A stretch of DNA of 64,000 nt from Candidatus Latescibacterota bacterium. GTDB lineage: Bacteria > Latescibacterota > UBA2968 > GCA-2709665. The first letter of the stretch is position 1, and every line of letters starts with the position of its first letter. The notes under the pieces were generated by a model that was not told where the DNA came from, ran no database searches, and worked only from the letters and a program-made list of their open reading frames with translations. The translations under genes and the position numbers were made by a program. Positions 19,662 to 29,968 of this stretch are shown one piece after another. Where the stretch lies: contig OZ244744.1 of NCBI GenBank assembly GCA_965219455.1, positions 1,056,001 to 1,120,000 on the forward strand, read 5' to 3'.

Positions 19662-20601
19662 CGGTTTCCTCCAAAGCAGGGCTTTTGGGGACCCGAAACC
19701 TGTCGTCAGGAAGTTCTACGTAGTCGACTTCCAGTGGCTGGTTGATCCGTTGCTTCAGTTCCAACAGGTCGGGCCGGCCTTCCGGTATATCCTTGATCAT
19801 TTCGCCATCCGGATAAATCGTTGCGGTGGTCGTCTTTCTCATGAACCCCTTCTTCGACGTCCCACGGACAATCTGGAGACCGTCGTTTGAAATAGCCATT
19901 CGAGAGCGTGTAAGTCGTCCATCGCCGATTATTTGAAAGATAAGGCCCAGCAAGCCCGACGTCGGGCGCCCCGTAAGCCCCGTAATCTTGTCGCAAGCGA
20001 TCCAATCTCCAAAATCGAGCAACCGATAGGCCATCTCCCGCCCGTTGGTAACCTTGAGATTGGGTGTTGAGAGCGTATCCAGGTACGAGTACCGATCCGG
20101 CTTTCCCGGCCGGTCCTCCCACCAGATCCGCACATTCAATGCGAATTGAGGCGCCGGCCCGTCGATTACCTTCCGGATCACCCGATCCATTCGGTATTCC
20201 ACGTCCATATGCTGTTCGTATTCGCGTGACAGCCGCGCGTACAGGGGCATTTCACTTTCCGTGCGTCCCGCCACCTCCATAAACGCCCGAAACCAGTCCG
20301 CACAGTTGATAAACAGCGGCGGCCCCATGGGATCGCGCTGTTCCGCACGCCGGGCAAGATAGAGCAACGCTTCCCATTGGAAACGGGCGCCGTTCGTCGT
20401 CGTGGTCGGGTCGTAATCTCCAACGTTGCGCATCGCCTCCAGTATTTCCTTCCGGGTGACCTCCTGATACGCCGGACCTGCGGCGTCTGCCTCCCGGCAC
20501 TTCGATTGATTTGGCGAAAATAGACAGACGAGGGCAGTTGCTAAACTCAATCCCCAAATGTACAGGCAGTTTGACATATCACTGATGTTTTTACGTGACA
20601 A
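19546..20601 (-). CDS. Hypothetical exported protein
   Basis: 351-aa ORF with protein-like composition and a hydrophobic N-terminus. No family recognised. Its 3' end overlaps the methyltransferase remnant. Confidence 0.7.
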   Translation of the reverse strand: MSRKNISDMSNCLYIWGLSLATALVCLFSPNQSKCREADAAGPAYQEVTRKEILEAMRNVGDYDPTTTTNGARFQWEALLYLARRAEQRDPMGPPLFINCADWFRAFMEVAGRTESEMPLYARLSREYEQHMDVEYRMDRVIRKVIDGPAPQFALNVRIWWEDRPGKPDRYSYLDTLSTPNLKVTNGREMAYRLLDFGDWIACDKITGLTGRPTSGLLGLIFQIIGDGRLTRSRMAISNDGLQIVRGTSKKGFMRKTTTATIYPDGEMIKDIPEGRPDLLELKQRINQPLEVDYVELPDDRFRVPKSPALEETDGRADKRREIHDGTQQGGRGTVDSSVAAVRRNHPPVSQ

Positions 20602-21206
20602 TGTGTAAAGGGACTCGCACCGGCATCGGCGATGAGTCCCTCCGGACCGGCGACGGTCTCGCGGTGTTCAGCCGCCAATTCGCTCAGAGGTGCCCTGGCA
20701 CGGAAATTCTGCACCAGCCAGCATGCGCTGCCTCCGACAACGAGTCCGACAATCAATGCGACTGTCCATTCGATCGGCCGTACCTCCAGTCTGCGCCATC
20801 CAGGTCTTCAATTTTTGAATATAAGGGGCGTCACGGGGCTTGTCAAGGCGCGGCGGGGTTTCCGGACGCCGTCCCTGCGCCGGGCGCGTGGGATGGGTAC
20901 CCACGGGTCGTCACCGTGCAAAACCCATTGACAGACCGCCGCCGCCGCCGCAAATTGTCGTGATGCATCGACGAATCCGGCGGGTACATCGGTTCCGGGG
21001 CCGGTCCGTTCACATTGACCAACGGATATTTCCCGTATGAAGAATACCAGGGGCTACATCGGCGACGCGACGAAATTGAACGCGGCGAGGGCCCGCATTT
21101 CGTGTCCGGGCATCGTCACGGACGCTTCCTGCGTTCCGGGGGACATCGAGCGTGTGCGGTAAACCGAGTTTCTTAGAGGAGAGATTGTCGTGACAGGGAC
21201 GAGAAT

Positions 21207-22148
21207 ATGGAACTTGTGAGATATCCCGACAGCCGGATTGAGGTACTTGACGACCGCTTCGCAAAGTACAAACTCGCGAACGCCGCCGTCGAAATGCTCT
21301 GGACCGGCGGGCGGTGGCTCGAAGGGCCAGTATGGTTTGGAGACGGCCGCTATCTGCTCTTCAGCGACATCCCCAACAACCGCATCCTCAAGTGGGAAGA
21401 AGAGACGGGAGACGTCTCGGTCTTCCGCAAGCCATCGAACAATACCAACGGCAATACCCGCGACCTCCAGGGACGGCTGGTTTCGTGCGAACACGACACG
21501 CGCCGCGTCACCCGGACGGAATACGACGGTTCGATCACGGTACTGATGGACCGGTTCGAGGGCAGGCCGTTGAATGCGCCGAACGACGTCGTGGTGAAGT
21601 CGGATGGATCGATCTGGTTCACGGACCCGGGTTACGGCATTCTGATGAACTACGAGGGGCACCGGGCCGAATTCGAAAACGCCGCCAACGTGTACCGTCT
21701 CGATCCGGACACCGGAGAAGCCACCGTGGTCGCGGCAGACTTCCAGCGCCCCAACGGCCTCTGCTTCAGCCCGGACGAGTCGCTGCTCTACATTGTCGAC
21801 ACCGGACGCTCCGACGGCCCCGAATATCCCACCCACATCCGCGTTTTCGACGTCGACGGCGACCGGATCGCGAATGGCCGCGTCTTCGTCAACATGGAAC
21901 CCGCCTCGTCGGACGGGATCCGCACCGACGCGGATGGCAACCTGTGGGCGGGGGCCTGCTGGGCGGGCGAGGGCTACGACGGCGTGCACTGTTTCGCACC
22001 GGACGGCACCCTCATCGGCAAGATCCACCTCCCGGCGCCCTGCGCGAACCTCTGCTTCGGCGGCGCGAAAAAGAACAGGCTGTTCATGACCTGCTCCCAG
22101 TCACTGTTTTCGGTCTACGTGGAGACAGTCGGGGCTCAGGTGCCGTGA
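21207..22148 (+). CDS. SMP-30/gluconolactonase/LRE family protein
   Basis: Motifs WLEGPVW, FSDIP, NAPNDVVV, WFTDP, PNGLCFSPD and DGIRTD. Confidence 0.93.
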   Translation: MELVRYPDSRIEVLDDRFAKYKLANAAVEMLWTGGRWLEGPVWFGDGRYLLFSDIPNNRILKWEEETGDVSVFRKPSNNTNGNTRDLQGRLVSCEHDTRRVTRTEYDGSITVLMDRFEGRPLNAPNDVVVKSDGSIWFTDPGYGILMNYEGHRAEFENAANVYRLDPDTGEATVVAADFQRPNGLCFSPDESLLYIVDTGRSDGPEYPTHIRVFDVDGDRIANGRVFVNMEPASSDGIRTDADGNLWAGACWAGEGYDGVHCFAPDGTLIGKIHLPAPCANLCFGGAKKNRLFMTCSQSLFSVYVETVGAQVP

Positions 22149-22240
22149 GGCGCGGGGATCGAGCAACCGAAAAAGGAGAGGGGAAATCAGCGAGGGATTG
22201 GAGAAGAGATAAAGCTAATCAGAACGGGAACCGGGAAAAA

Positions 22241-22277
22241 ACAGGAGCCGTCCAGGAAGGAACAGGACGGTTCTTGT
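22241..22277 (+). terminator. Possible terminator hairpin between convergent genes
   Basis: 13-bp stem ACAGGAGCCGTCC / GGACGGTTCTTGT with two G-U pairs, flanked by A/T-rich sequence. Confidence 0.4.
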
Positions 22278-22467
22278 ATATATATAAGTTCATTGTAAGA
22301 GCTTATCGACTCCGATCGAGATACTTCCGCCCGCCCGGTACTGTTTGTCGGATTCTTAAATGCACCCGCTTTACATTCTCGTGTTTGCTGGCCATCGGTT
22401 CTGCTTTCGGCGTACCAAGTCGCCGACTCAGTTTGGCCTTTTTCTTTCGATCCATCGTTCCTGCTTT

Positions 22468-23061
22468 TCAGGGCTTTAGCGACATCCTAAATGCAACTGG
22501 ATCGTACCAGAAACAACCCACACACGTCCCTCGATACTGACTATTGCCTTTAACGTGCGGAACGGGATAGCCTAAAGTTGTCGCATCGAAGCGAATATTG
22601 GTTTCTGCGCACCTCTTACAGTGCTGTCTTTTTGCGTAATTCGCTGCCTTGGATAACGGCTGAAAATCCTTAGGATCTTGCGACTGGACATAGCCAACGG
22701 TCGGATCGTCATACCGTCCATCCTTGTGGTCAATTTCCACGTCCTTGGATGTTCCCAAGACAACGCATTTCTGCCCAAGATAGTAATTCCTCACTGACGC
22801 AGCCACTGAGCGTTGCTTGGGATTCTTGTTAAATCCCTGCAATTGAACGTGCGTTATCCTATTGCCTTTCCCTTCCTTAAAGCGCGCGATATTGTATTGT
22901 TTACCAAGTGAACCATCAGATCTGGCCCAGTCTGCTCCGTTGCCAAAGACCAGCGACGAATATTTACCAGAGAACTCGTCTACGCCGACTTTCCTGGTAA
23001 ACCCATCTTCATCAATTCCGCTGGCAAGCTCAACAAACAAGTCTGCTTTGGTGCGCCTCAT
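22468..23061 (-). CDS. NlaIII/IceA-like HNH type II restriction endonuclease
   Basis: Motifs GNGADWAR, CVVLG, EIDHKDGR, DFQPLSKAAN..KRQHCKRC and CVGCFWYDP are co-linear with NlaIII/IceA1 as recalled. Lies next to a DNA methyltransferase. Confidence 0.82.
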   Translation of the reverse strand: MRRTKADLFVELASGIDEDGFTRKVGVDEFSGKYSSLVFGNGADWARSDGSLGKQYNIARFKEGKGNRITHVQLQGFNKNPKQRSVAASVRNYYLGQKCVVLGTSKDVEIDHKDGRYDDPTVGYVQSQDPKDFQPLSKAANYAKRQHCKRCAETNIRFDATTLGYPVPHVKGNSQYRGTCVGCFWYDPVAFRMSLKP

Positions 23062-23752
23062 TGACTCTTTCTTTTGCAATTTGGACATAATTCCTATCGG
23101 CATCGCATCCGTTAAAACATCTCGAAAGACTCAATGCAGCTAAAGCCGTGGTCCCTGATCCGAGGAACGGATCAACTACCAAATCGCCTTCATTGCTGTG
23201 CTTCTCGATTAGTTCCTTAAACAGCGACATTGGTTTTTGTGTTGGGTGATGCCGTTTTCCATTGTTAGGAATGGGATAGTGGTAAATCCCATTGTCATAT
23301 TCACTATGAAAGGTGGGTTTTCCTGACCTGACACCCGAAATTGCAATCTCTCTGCTATTGGTTAAGTAGTTGCGCTTGCTATTGAGCGGAACAGGATTCT
23401 TTTTAACCCATTCAATGAAACGCAATTGCTTAAATCCTGCACTGCTCATGCTGTCAGCCAGATAGCTCAACTTCCACAAATCGTAAAAAATGATTGCTGT
23501 CCCACCGCGCCGGAGTACACGCAATGCTTGTTCGGCCAAGGCGTCCAAGTCAATCGCGGCGTGGTCCCATGCTCCGAAATCCATAGTCACCGCAAACCGC
23601 TCGACACTCTTAGGCCCAACGTGCTTAAATCCAGTTTGACGGCTTATAGTATAGGGAGGATCGGTCAGGATCAGATCGACACTCTGATCCTCTAACTCCG
23701 ACAAGAACCGGGTGAAGTCCGAAGTCTTTATTGTACAGCTTCCATTTTGCAT
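23030..23752 (-). CDS. Beta-class N4/N6 DNA methyltransferase
   Basis: DLILTDPPY (motif IV) precedes HPTQKP and DPFLGSGTT (motif I). Confidence 0.93.
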   Translation of the reverse strand: MQNGSCTIKTSDFTRFLSELEDQSVDLILTDPPYTISRQTGFKHVGPKSVERFAVTMDFGAWDHAAIDLDALAEQALRVLRRGGTAIIFYDLWKLSYLADSMSSAGFKQLRFIEWVKKNPVPLNSKRNYLTNSREIAISGVRSGKPTFHSEYDNGIYHYPIPNNGKRHHPTQKPMSLFKELIEKHSNEGDLVVDPFLGSGTTALAALSLSRCFNGCDADRNYVQIAKERVNEAHQSRLVC

Positions 23753-24102
23753 GGCTAACGCGGGTAAGGTGATTGAAAGGACTTCAGGCGTTATGCGGAA
23801 GGCTGCAAATAAGGCGGGTTATGACCTGACCCGGAGGAAGGAGAGGCGGGTGTGGGGAGACACGAGCAGGCCGCTGAATTTAAGGATTGTATATAACACT
23901 CAAAATATACCCCAATCTTGAAATTTTCGCAACGATTTTATAATTCGTTGAGGCCCACTAAACTCGTCAATTTTCATATAGTTTTGTAAAGTTCAGGTGC
24001 TCTGCCATTCGATTTCCTGGAAAAGCATCGAAACAGCCGTCAGTAAAAAATGGATAGCCGGTCATCTTCTGTTTTCAGACAGGTCCAATCTTCAGCTCGA
24101 AA

Positions 24103-25734
24103 TCACCGCTTGGTTGAGAAGAACACGATCTGCCCGCCCTGGACGAGGTCGTATTGTTTGATGGGGCCATCGCGGACGCTGTGGGCCTGGACGTTTCCAA
24201 CCAGCAGCACCTCGCCGGGTGCGGTGGCGAAGAGCCGTGTGACGTCCAGCACGCCCGAGGATTCCCAGTCTCCCAGGTCGGTCGGGTCTGAATCCGTCTG
24301 CCCGGGAGGCAGCGCGGAGCGGTCAATCACGGCAATCCGCACAAGTTTCCCGGTGGCGGGGTTCAGTTCCCACACGGACGCCTCGATACCGCTCTTTTTA
24401 CCGAACGTCGTTTTCCGGGTGGACCGGTCCTCCTGAACGTAGATCATCCCGTTTTCGGCCCAGTCCAGGTTGTCCGGGTTGCGCAATCCCATGTCCGGAT
24501 GCGTGAATTGCCCGTCGCCGGCATCGTCGCCATCGTAGACGATCCGGATCGTCGCGGTCATCGCGCCAATGTCCGCGTCGATGATATAGGTCGCGCCCCA
24601 GTCGTCCGAGGGATACGCCGCGCCGTGCCCGGTTGAGGCCATTACCGCCTGCGTGCCACGCTCGGGGTTGGTGGCCACGTCCTCCGGGCGCGAGAAGCGG
24701 AACCCGCCCACGGCGTCGACCCATTCGTCCTGTCTGGCCTGTGTCGCAAATCCCAGTTCGTCGTACCCGGACCGGCCGGCCCTTTCCGGAGCGTGGATGT
24801 CAATCTTGACGAACATGCCGGCGCGGCTCGTTCCCGTCCCGTTCCAATCCTCAGGTGACCTGTCGCCGTTGTTCGCGACCCAGACGAACATATCGCCCCC
24901 TGTCAGGCCGTTGCGCTCGAGGAAGCCGCCCGTCCCTTTCCGTCCAACGTAAAGGTACAGCGGTGCGCCCCGCCGGTCGTCACCTAGCAGAACGGCCACT
25001 TTGTCGCTGTCGCCCGTGTCCAGCAGGGTCACGTTCTCCCACGTGCCGCGCCCCAGCCACGGCAGTGCGTAAATGGTACGGCGGTGAATGTCCAGCGCAT
25101 GCGTCAGGCCGTCCCTGACCTCTTCGCCGCAGAAATAAACGTCGTCCGCAAGCCCATACTCTCCCGCGGTGTAGAGGTTACTGGAGCAGAAGCGATCGTA
25201 ACCGTCCTTCTCGCTTCCCTCGATTTTTCCCTCGTGGATCTGAGTCGGGTCCGTGACCTCTCGGCCGGCCTTGTCCACCGCCCTGTCGTAGGCCAGACCC
25301 GCATCCATGACTATCCTGGTGTCGGCATCCACGTCCAAATAGCTAACCCGCGCGCCCGTCATTTCCGTACGGTTACCGAGCCTGTACGCGTACCCGTCCT
25401 CCGCATCCAGCTCATGGTTGACGAAGAATCGGACCACGCCAGGCCGGATTTCCATGGCGCCGATCCCGTCCAGGATGCCAGGCGGACGGTACCCGTCCAC
25501 CTCTTCCCCCACCGTAAACAGCGGCGTCACGCGCCATCCGCTTCGGCCCGTCATCATCGCTCGCGAGGACGTTGCAAATCCAGTCACAGCGGAAATCGAG
25601 TCTATTGCGATGGCCGAAGCGATCTGTGGGCTTTCCTGCGCCCAGGGACTCGCAAACCTCAACCCGTGCTCTGCGACGAGCAAAAGCATCGCGCAGGTCG
25701 ACAAGACAAACAAAAGATGATTTCGCACCTTCAA
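24103..25734 (-). CDS. PhoX-like (DUF839) alkaline phosphatase
   Basis: Motifs PPGILDG, FVNHE, RFCS, GRGTWEN, FSRPED, NPDN, QED, WESSG and QAHS. Hydrophobic N-terminal signal. Confidence 0.82.
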   Translation of the reverse strand: MKVRNHLLFVLSTCAMLLLVAEHGLRFASPWAQESPQIASAIAIDSISAVTGFATSSRAMMTGRSGWRVTPLFTVGEEVDGYRPPGILDGIGAMEIRPGVVRFFVNHELDAEDGYAYRLGNRTEMTGARVSYLDVDADTRIVMDAGLAYDRAVDKAGREVTDPTQIHEGKIEGSEKDGYDRFCSSNLYTAGEYGLADDVYFCGEEVRDGLTHALDIHRRTIYALPWLGRGTWENVTLLDTGDSDKVAVLLGDDRRGAPLYLYVGRKGTGGFLERNGLTGGDMFVWVANNGDRSPEDWNGTGTSRAGMFVKIDIHAPERAGRSGYDELGFATQARQDEWVDAVGGFRFSRPEDVATNPERGTQAVMASTGHGAAYPSDDWGATYIIDADIGAMTATIRIVYDGDDAGDGQFTHPDMGLRNPDNLDWAENGMIYVQEDRSTRKTTFGKKSGIEASVWELNPATGKLVRIAVIDRSALPPGQTDSDPTDLGDWESSGVLDVTRLFATAPGEVLLVGNVQAHSVRDGPIKQYDLVQGGQIVFFSTKR

Positions 25735-26249
25735 CTCCTTTTCTCATCGTGACGGCAACGACCCGTATGACCGCAGGCCTATTCCCCGATTCACAGGTTC
25801 AGAACCTGGTCGATGACCTCACCCAGACGCTGCAGACGGGTTAATTCGGGCGTGAGGGCTTTCGCTATTTTGCCCTGCTGGAACGGAACATGGCGTTTGA
25901 TGGTCTGATAGGACCTGGGGGACAGGGTAAATCCCTTCCATTCGGAGATCTGGCGACCCGGGTTAATGCGGGTGTCGGGCTCGATGCGGCACGAATTCAG
26001 CGGCCGAATATCGGAGACTTCGCCGATACCGGCGGTGACGACGCGAAGTTGTACGGCCGCATCGTGAAGGGTGCGAAGGAAGGAATCCGAAGTAACAAAA
26101 AACATGGGCCGATCGATATTTAGAATCGGCCCGAGCACGTTGAGGGTTGCAACACTATACAACTTATGCCGCCGCTGTTACATCGCTATTGGGACAGAGG
26201 CGCGTATGGATCGGAACTCCGCTGAAGATCGGGCGAAGCCGACCACCGG

Positions 26250-26534
26250 TTAACGACGGCGCCTGGGTCGGTTACCGCCCGTCCTGCGCTTTTTGACCCC
26301 TTCGACGGGCGGGGGCAATCGGTGCAGCCACACGATGCGCCCGCGATTCAAATCGTAAGGCGAGGTCTCGATCGTCACGCGGTCGCCCACCAGAACCCGG
26401 ATGTTGAACCGGCGCATCTTGCCCGACGTGTAACCCAGAATCTGATGCCCGCCCTCCACTTCCACCATATACTGCCCGTCGGGAAGCGTATCCGCGACGG
26501 TTCCTTCAAGTGAGACCTTTTCCTCTTTTGCCAT
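26250..26534 (-). CDS. infA: Translation initiation factor IF-1
   Basis: MAKEEKVSLEGTV...SGKMRRFNIRVLVGDRV.IE.SPYDLNRGRI, with GGAGG RBS and a basic C-terminal extension. Confidence 0.9.
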   Translation of the reverse strand: MAKEEKVSLEGTVADTLPDGQYMVEVEGGHQILGYTSGKMRRFNIRVLVGDRVTIETSPYDLNRGRIVWLHRLPPPVEGVKKRRTGGNRPRRRR

Positions 26535-26606
26535 GCCACCTCCAGCATCGAATTAGGGGACCATTTTCAGGTCGAAGGTTCAATGTATGACAATGGGCAG
26601 CCGGTG

Positions 26607-27089
26607 TCAAGCGGCATCTTCCGCACAGGCAACCGCCATTGCCAGCGCCTGCTCGGCAATCCGTTCGCGAATCGTGCTCCGGCCGCCTTCAAACGCAAAG
26701 CGTTCGCATCGAGAACCCTCCGGCGTCCACAGCGCGATATACGCGGTCCCCAACGGCTTGGCCGACCGTCCGCGAATCGGCCCGGCGATGCCCGTCTCGG
26801 CCAGCGCCAGCGTTGAATGGCCCGCCCTGCCCACGGCTTCGGCCATGGCGACGGCTACCTCCTCACTCACGGTCCCACAGCTCTCCAGCAGAGATTCGGA
26901 TATCCCCAGCGCCTGGATTTTGGCCTTCGCACTGTAAGCCACCACACCACGCTCGAAATAGGCCGAACTCCCGGGCACGCTCACGATCCGGGCGCAGATC
27001 AACCCGCCCGTCGTGGTCTCCGCCACCGAAAGGGTCCAACCCCGCTCGACCAGCAATCGACCCAATCGCGCTTCGAGAGATTCAGCCAC
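26607..27089 (-). CDS. pncC: CinA C-terminal domain protein / NMN deamidase PncC-like
   Basis: Motifs LSVAETTTGGLI, PGSSAYF, VSEEVAVAMAE and TGIAGP. Confidence 0.82.
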   Translation of the reverse strand: MAESLEARLGRLLVERGWTLSVAETTTGGLICARIVSVPGSSAYFERGVVAYSAKAKIQALGISESLLESCGTVSEEVAVAMAEAVGRAGHSTLALAETGIAGPIRGRSAKPLGTAYIALWTPEGSRCERFAFEGGRSTIRERIAEQALAMAVACAEDAA

Positions 27090-27285
27090 AGAGACCGGAC
27101 CCCCGTTTCATGCCTTCATAAAACCCGCACGAGGATGCACGTTACGGGAACGCGGGTTGCGATGAGATGCACAATGCTTGCGTGACACCGAAGAGACACT
27201 CTCAACGACGGACGGTCGTGCCGATCGGCCTCCGCACGCTTAACGGCGACAAATCCAACACCCTTCTATCCTGTCGTTCCCCGGG

Positions 27286-28725
27286 CTAATACGGTCTTCT
27301 GCCGAAGGGATCATTAGCCCGTAATTCCGCCTCAGGCGTCGGCTCATACGTGGTGGGAAGTAACGCGCCATCGCGTACCGCTTGATCGCCGCGCACTTCG
27401 AGGAGTTTAATCAAGCGGTTTCTCCATTCGACCACCCGGTCTTCATCTCGCGCCAGGTTATTCACCTCGTTCGGATCTTCCTTCAGGTCGAAAAGATACT
27501 CGCAGCCACCCAGCCGGAACCACATATACTTGTACCGCCCGTCCGTCAGGCAGTGGTGGCGCCGCTTCTCCCCACCGATTTCTCCGTGAAATATCCGATC
27601 TTCAACCGGATCGCCGCCTCCCAGCACCGGCAGCAGCGACACCCCGTCCGCCCGGTCGGACACGCGGCCCCCCGCAGCCGACACCAGCGTGGGCAGTACG
27701 TCCACCAGCGATACCGGCTTCCCGTACCGTTGCGCCGGAATCGCTCCCTCCCATCCCCTCGGCGCCCGGAGAATCAGCGGCACGCGACCGGAACCTTCGA
27801 AAAAATGGGATTTGAAGAAAAGCCCGTGGTCCCCCATCATATCCCCGTGGTCCGAGGTGAAGATCACCAGTGTATTGTCCCACAACCCCTTCCAGCGGAG
27901 GACGGCTAAAAACCGCCCGATCTGATGGTCGATGTGGGTAATCTGCCCGAAGTAGTGCTGCCGCGCACGGGCGATCCTCGCGGGCGACATGCGGTCCCAA
28001 TCGTAGCGCAGGGGCGCCTCCCGAAGTTCCGGGGGAAGAAAATCCTCGTCGGGGGTCCGTATGGGTGGCGGCACGTCTTCGGGATCGTACCAGGCGTCGT
28101 ACGGCGCGGGCGGATCGTACTGCGAATGCGGCCGGCTGAAAGACATCCACAAAAAAAATGGACAGGTGGGATCCCGCCTGTCCAGAAACTCGATACACTC
28201 GTTTGCCGTCCACGTATTCACATGATGCGTCTCGGGCACGACCGACCTTCGGGAGAACACGTCGTTGTTGCCGATGCTCGTGGCCCGCTCCAGGCCCGCG
28301 TAGGGCGTTTTGTTCAACCACAGGTGATAATCGTCGCCCTCACGGTACCGGCCCGACTCGTTGATGATTGTATTGTCGAACCCCAGCCGCGCCCTCTGGG
28401 GGCTGAAATGCGCCTTGCCGATCAGCTGTGTCTGATAACCCAGGCCGCCCAGAATCCTGGGCAGGGTATCGGTCTGGCCGAGCGCGCTGCTGGAATTGGT
28501 GAAGAATCCGGTGTTGTACGGCGACTGCCCCGTCATCATCACCATGCGCGCGGGCACGCACACCGGACAGGGCGAATACGCCCTGGGAAAATAGACGCCC
28601 TCGTTCGCAAGCTGGTCGAGATGCGGCGTCTCCAGAATGGGATGCCCGTCTATACCGGTGCAGTCGCCCCTGTGCTGGTCCGTGGTAATAAAGACGAGAT
28701 TCGGTCGCTCGAGAGATTCGGCCAT
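27286..28725 (-). CDS. Cys-type sulfatase
   Basis: Motifs RPNLVFITTDQHR, CVPAR (CxPxR), GKAH, TSDHG and YLFDLKEDPNE. Start placed at ATG 28725. Confidence 0.92.
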   Translation of the reverse strand: MAESLERPNLVFITTDQHRGDCTGIDGHPILETPHLDQLANEGVYFPRAYSPCPVCVPARMVMMTGQSPYNTGFFTNSSSALGQTDTLPRILGGLGYQTQLIGKAHFSPQRARLGFDNTIINESGRYREGDDYHLWLNKTPYAGLERATSIGNNDVFSRRSVVPETHHVNTWTANECIEFLDRRDPTCPFFLWMSFSRPHSQYDPPAPYDAWYDPEDVPPPIRTPDEDFLPPELREAPLRYDWDRMSPARIARARQHYFGQITHIDHQIGRFLAVLRWKGLWDNTLVIFTSDHGDMMGDHGLFFKSHFFEGSGRVPLILRAPRGWEGAIPAQRYGKPVSLVDVLPTLVSAAGGRVSDRADGVSLLPVLGGGDPVEDRIFHGEIGGEKRRHHCLTDGRYKYMWFRLGGCEYLFDLKEDPNEVNNLARDEDRVVEWRNRLIKLLEVRGDQAVRDGALLPTTYEPTPEAELRANDPFGRRPY

Positions 28726-28771
28726 CCGGCTGTCCCGTACCTTCCGCGAGGCGGCGCCCTGCGTCTGTGGT

Positions 28772-29968
28772 TTACTCGACCTCCACGTTCGGCGGATGCG
28801 CAAAGTCGTGATAGCGTTCCGCGATCTGGCCTTCGGCCGCGTCTCCTTTATGCACGAAAAATCTGTAATGGCCTGTCAGGGACTCGCCGGGCGGAAGCAC
28901 GTGGTTCCCCCGACGTTCCGGGTCGCCGTGAAAATGCGAATGACCGAAGGGATTGGCCGTCATCAAGCCGTAGTTGCGCACGTGCCAGTAGGTGGGATGC
29001 CGAAAACTTTCGGGATGGTCCATAATGGCCACACCCACGCGGTTGCCGTTCACGGGCCCGGTATAGTGGCACCAGGCCGCTCGTTTGCCCCAGGTCTCGT
29101 CCTCGTTGGCGCCCCCGATTGCGTTTTCGATCTTTCCGCCCTCGCCGGACCGCACTTCCATCGATTCGGCAACGCGAATGGACGCCAGGCCGCCTTCTTT
29201 CGTGTCGCCGAACAGAAGGTCGATCTTCGGCGCGGTCAGCGTGAGGTGCAGGTCAAAAATTCGCACGTCCGACCCGGTACGGTGGAACGTCCACTCCGCC
29301 CGTTCCTCGCAGATCACATTCGACCCGTGCTCGCCTCGCCAGGCCTCAGCACCCTCCCAGTTGCTGATCGACACGATCCGGCCGTAGATCGGGCCGCTTT
29401 CGATGCCCTCGAATCGCTGGTGCCGGGTCCACGCGTGCCCCTCTCCCTCCCCCCAGTTGTTCCATCCATTCACGTGGCCATGCGAAATCCAGATGGAGCG
29501 GTGGTGGTGATGGTCGCCCTCCCCGGGCTTAATCAGCCGGCGCGTGATTCCATCGCCGTACGGTCCGATCACAGGGTAGAGGTGCGGTCTCACCAGGTCT
29601 TTCCCGAAGCAATAGCTCGTAAAATAGGCGCCGTCGATCCGCACCTGGATCCTGTTGTCGGCTTCCGACAACTCGACCCCGTCACCGGGCGCAGCCTGTC
29701 CCCCGAAGTGCAGTTCATAGAATGCCGTCTCACCCGCCGGTAGATCTTCCACAATCCAGCCGACCCGCACCCCGTCCTCCTCTCGATGCACCTGACAGGG
29801 GGTTTCTCCGTCCTGGCCGACCAGTGTTCCCGTCCTTTCCCGGGGCCTTAGCCGATCCAGAAGATCGAAAATATGTTGCATCCTGCCCGGCCTTTTCACG
29901 AACACCGAGACCGGACAGCCGATTCGCCGGTGGGGCCCGGCCTGAACCTTCAGTTTGAAATCCGCCAC
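28772..29968 (-). CDS. PmoA-like (DUF6807) family protein
   Basis: Motifs RPHLYPV, DHHHHRSIW, GDTKEGG, WGKRAAWC and WHVRNYGLMTANPF. Confidence 0.8.
   Translation of the reverse strand: MADFKLKVQAGPHRRIGCPVSVFVKRPGRMQHIFDLLDRLRPRERTGTLVGQDGETPCQVHREEDGVRVGWIVEDLPAGETAFYELHFGGQAAPGDGVELSEADNRIQVRIDGAYFTSYCFGKDLVRPHLYPVIGPYGDGITRRLIKPGEGDHHHHRSIWISHGHVNGWNNWGEGEGHAWTRHQRFEGIESGPIYGRIVSISNWEGAEAWRGEHGSNVICEERAEWTFHRTGSDVRIFDLHLTLTAPKIDLLFGDTKEGGLASIRVAESMEVRSGEGGKIENAIGGANEDETWGKRAAWCHYTGPVNGNRVGVAIMDHPESFRHPTYWHVRNYGLMTANPFGHSHFHGDPERRGNHVLPPGESLTGHYRFFVHKGDAAEGQIAERYHDFAHPPNVEVE

Noticed and set aside
20547-21180. Short ORFs and a possible riboswitch upstream of the gluconolactonase
   Set aside because: No recognisable aptamer consensus; may be decayed coding fragments, but there is no supportable call.
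25770-26162. Small ORFs 25890..26123 (+) and 25791..26162 (-)
   Set aside because: No family motif or clear RBS; possibly a decayed gene, but not supportable.
28772-29968. Particulate methane monooxygenase
   Set aside because: The PmoA label of DUF6807 does not denote pMMO; this is a soluble protein with no pmoCB context.
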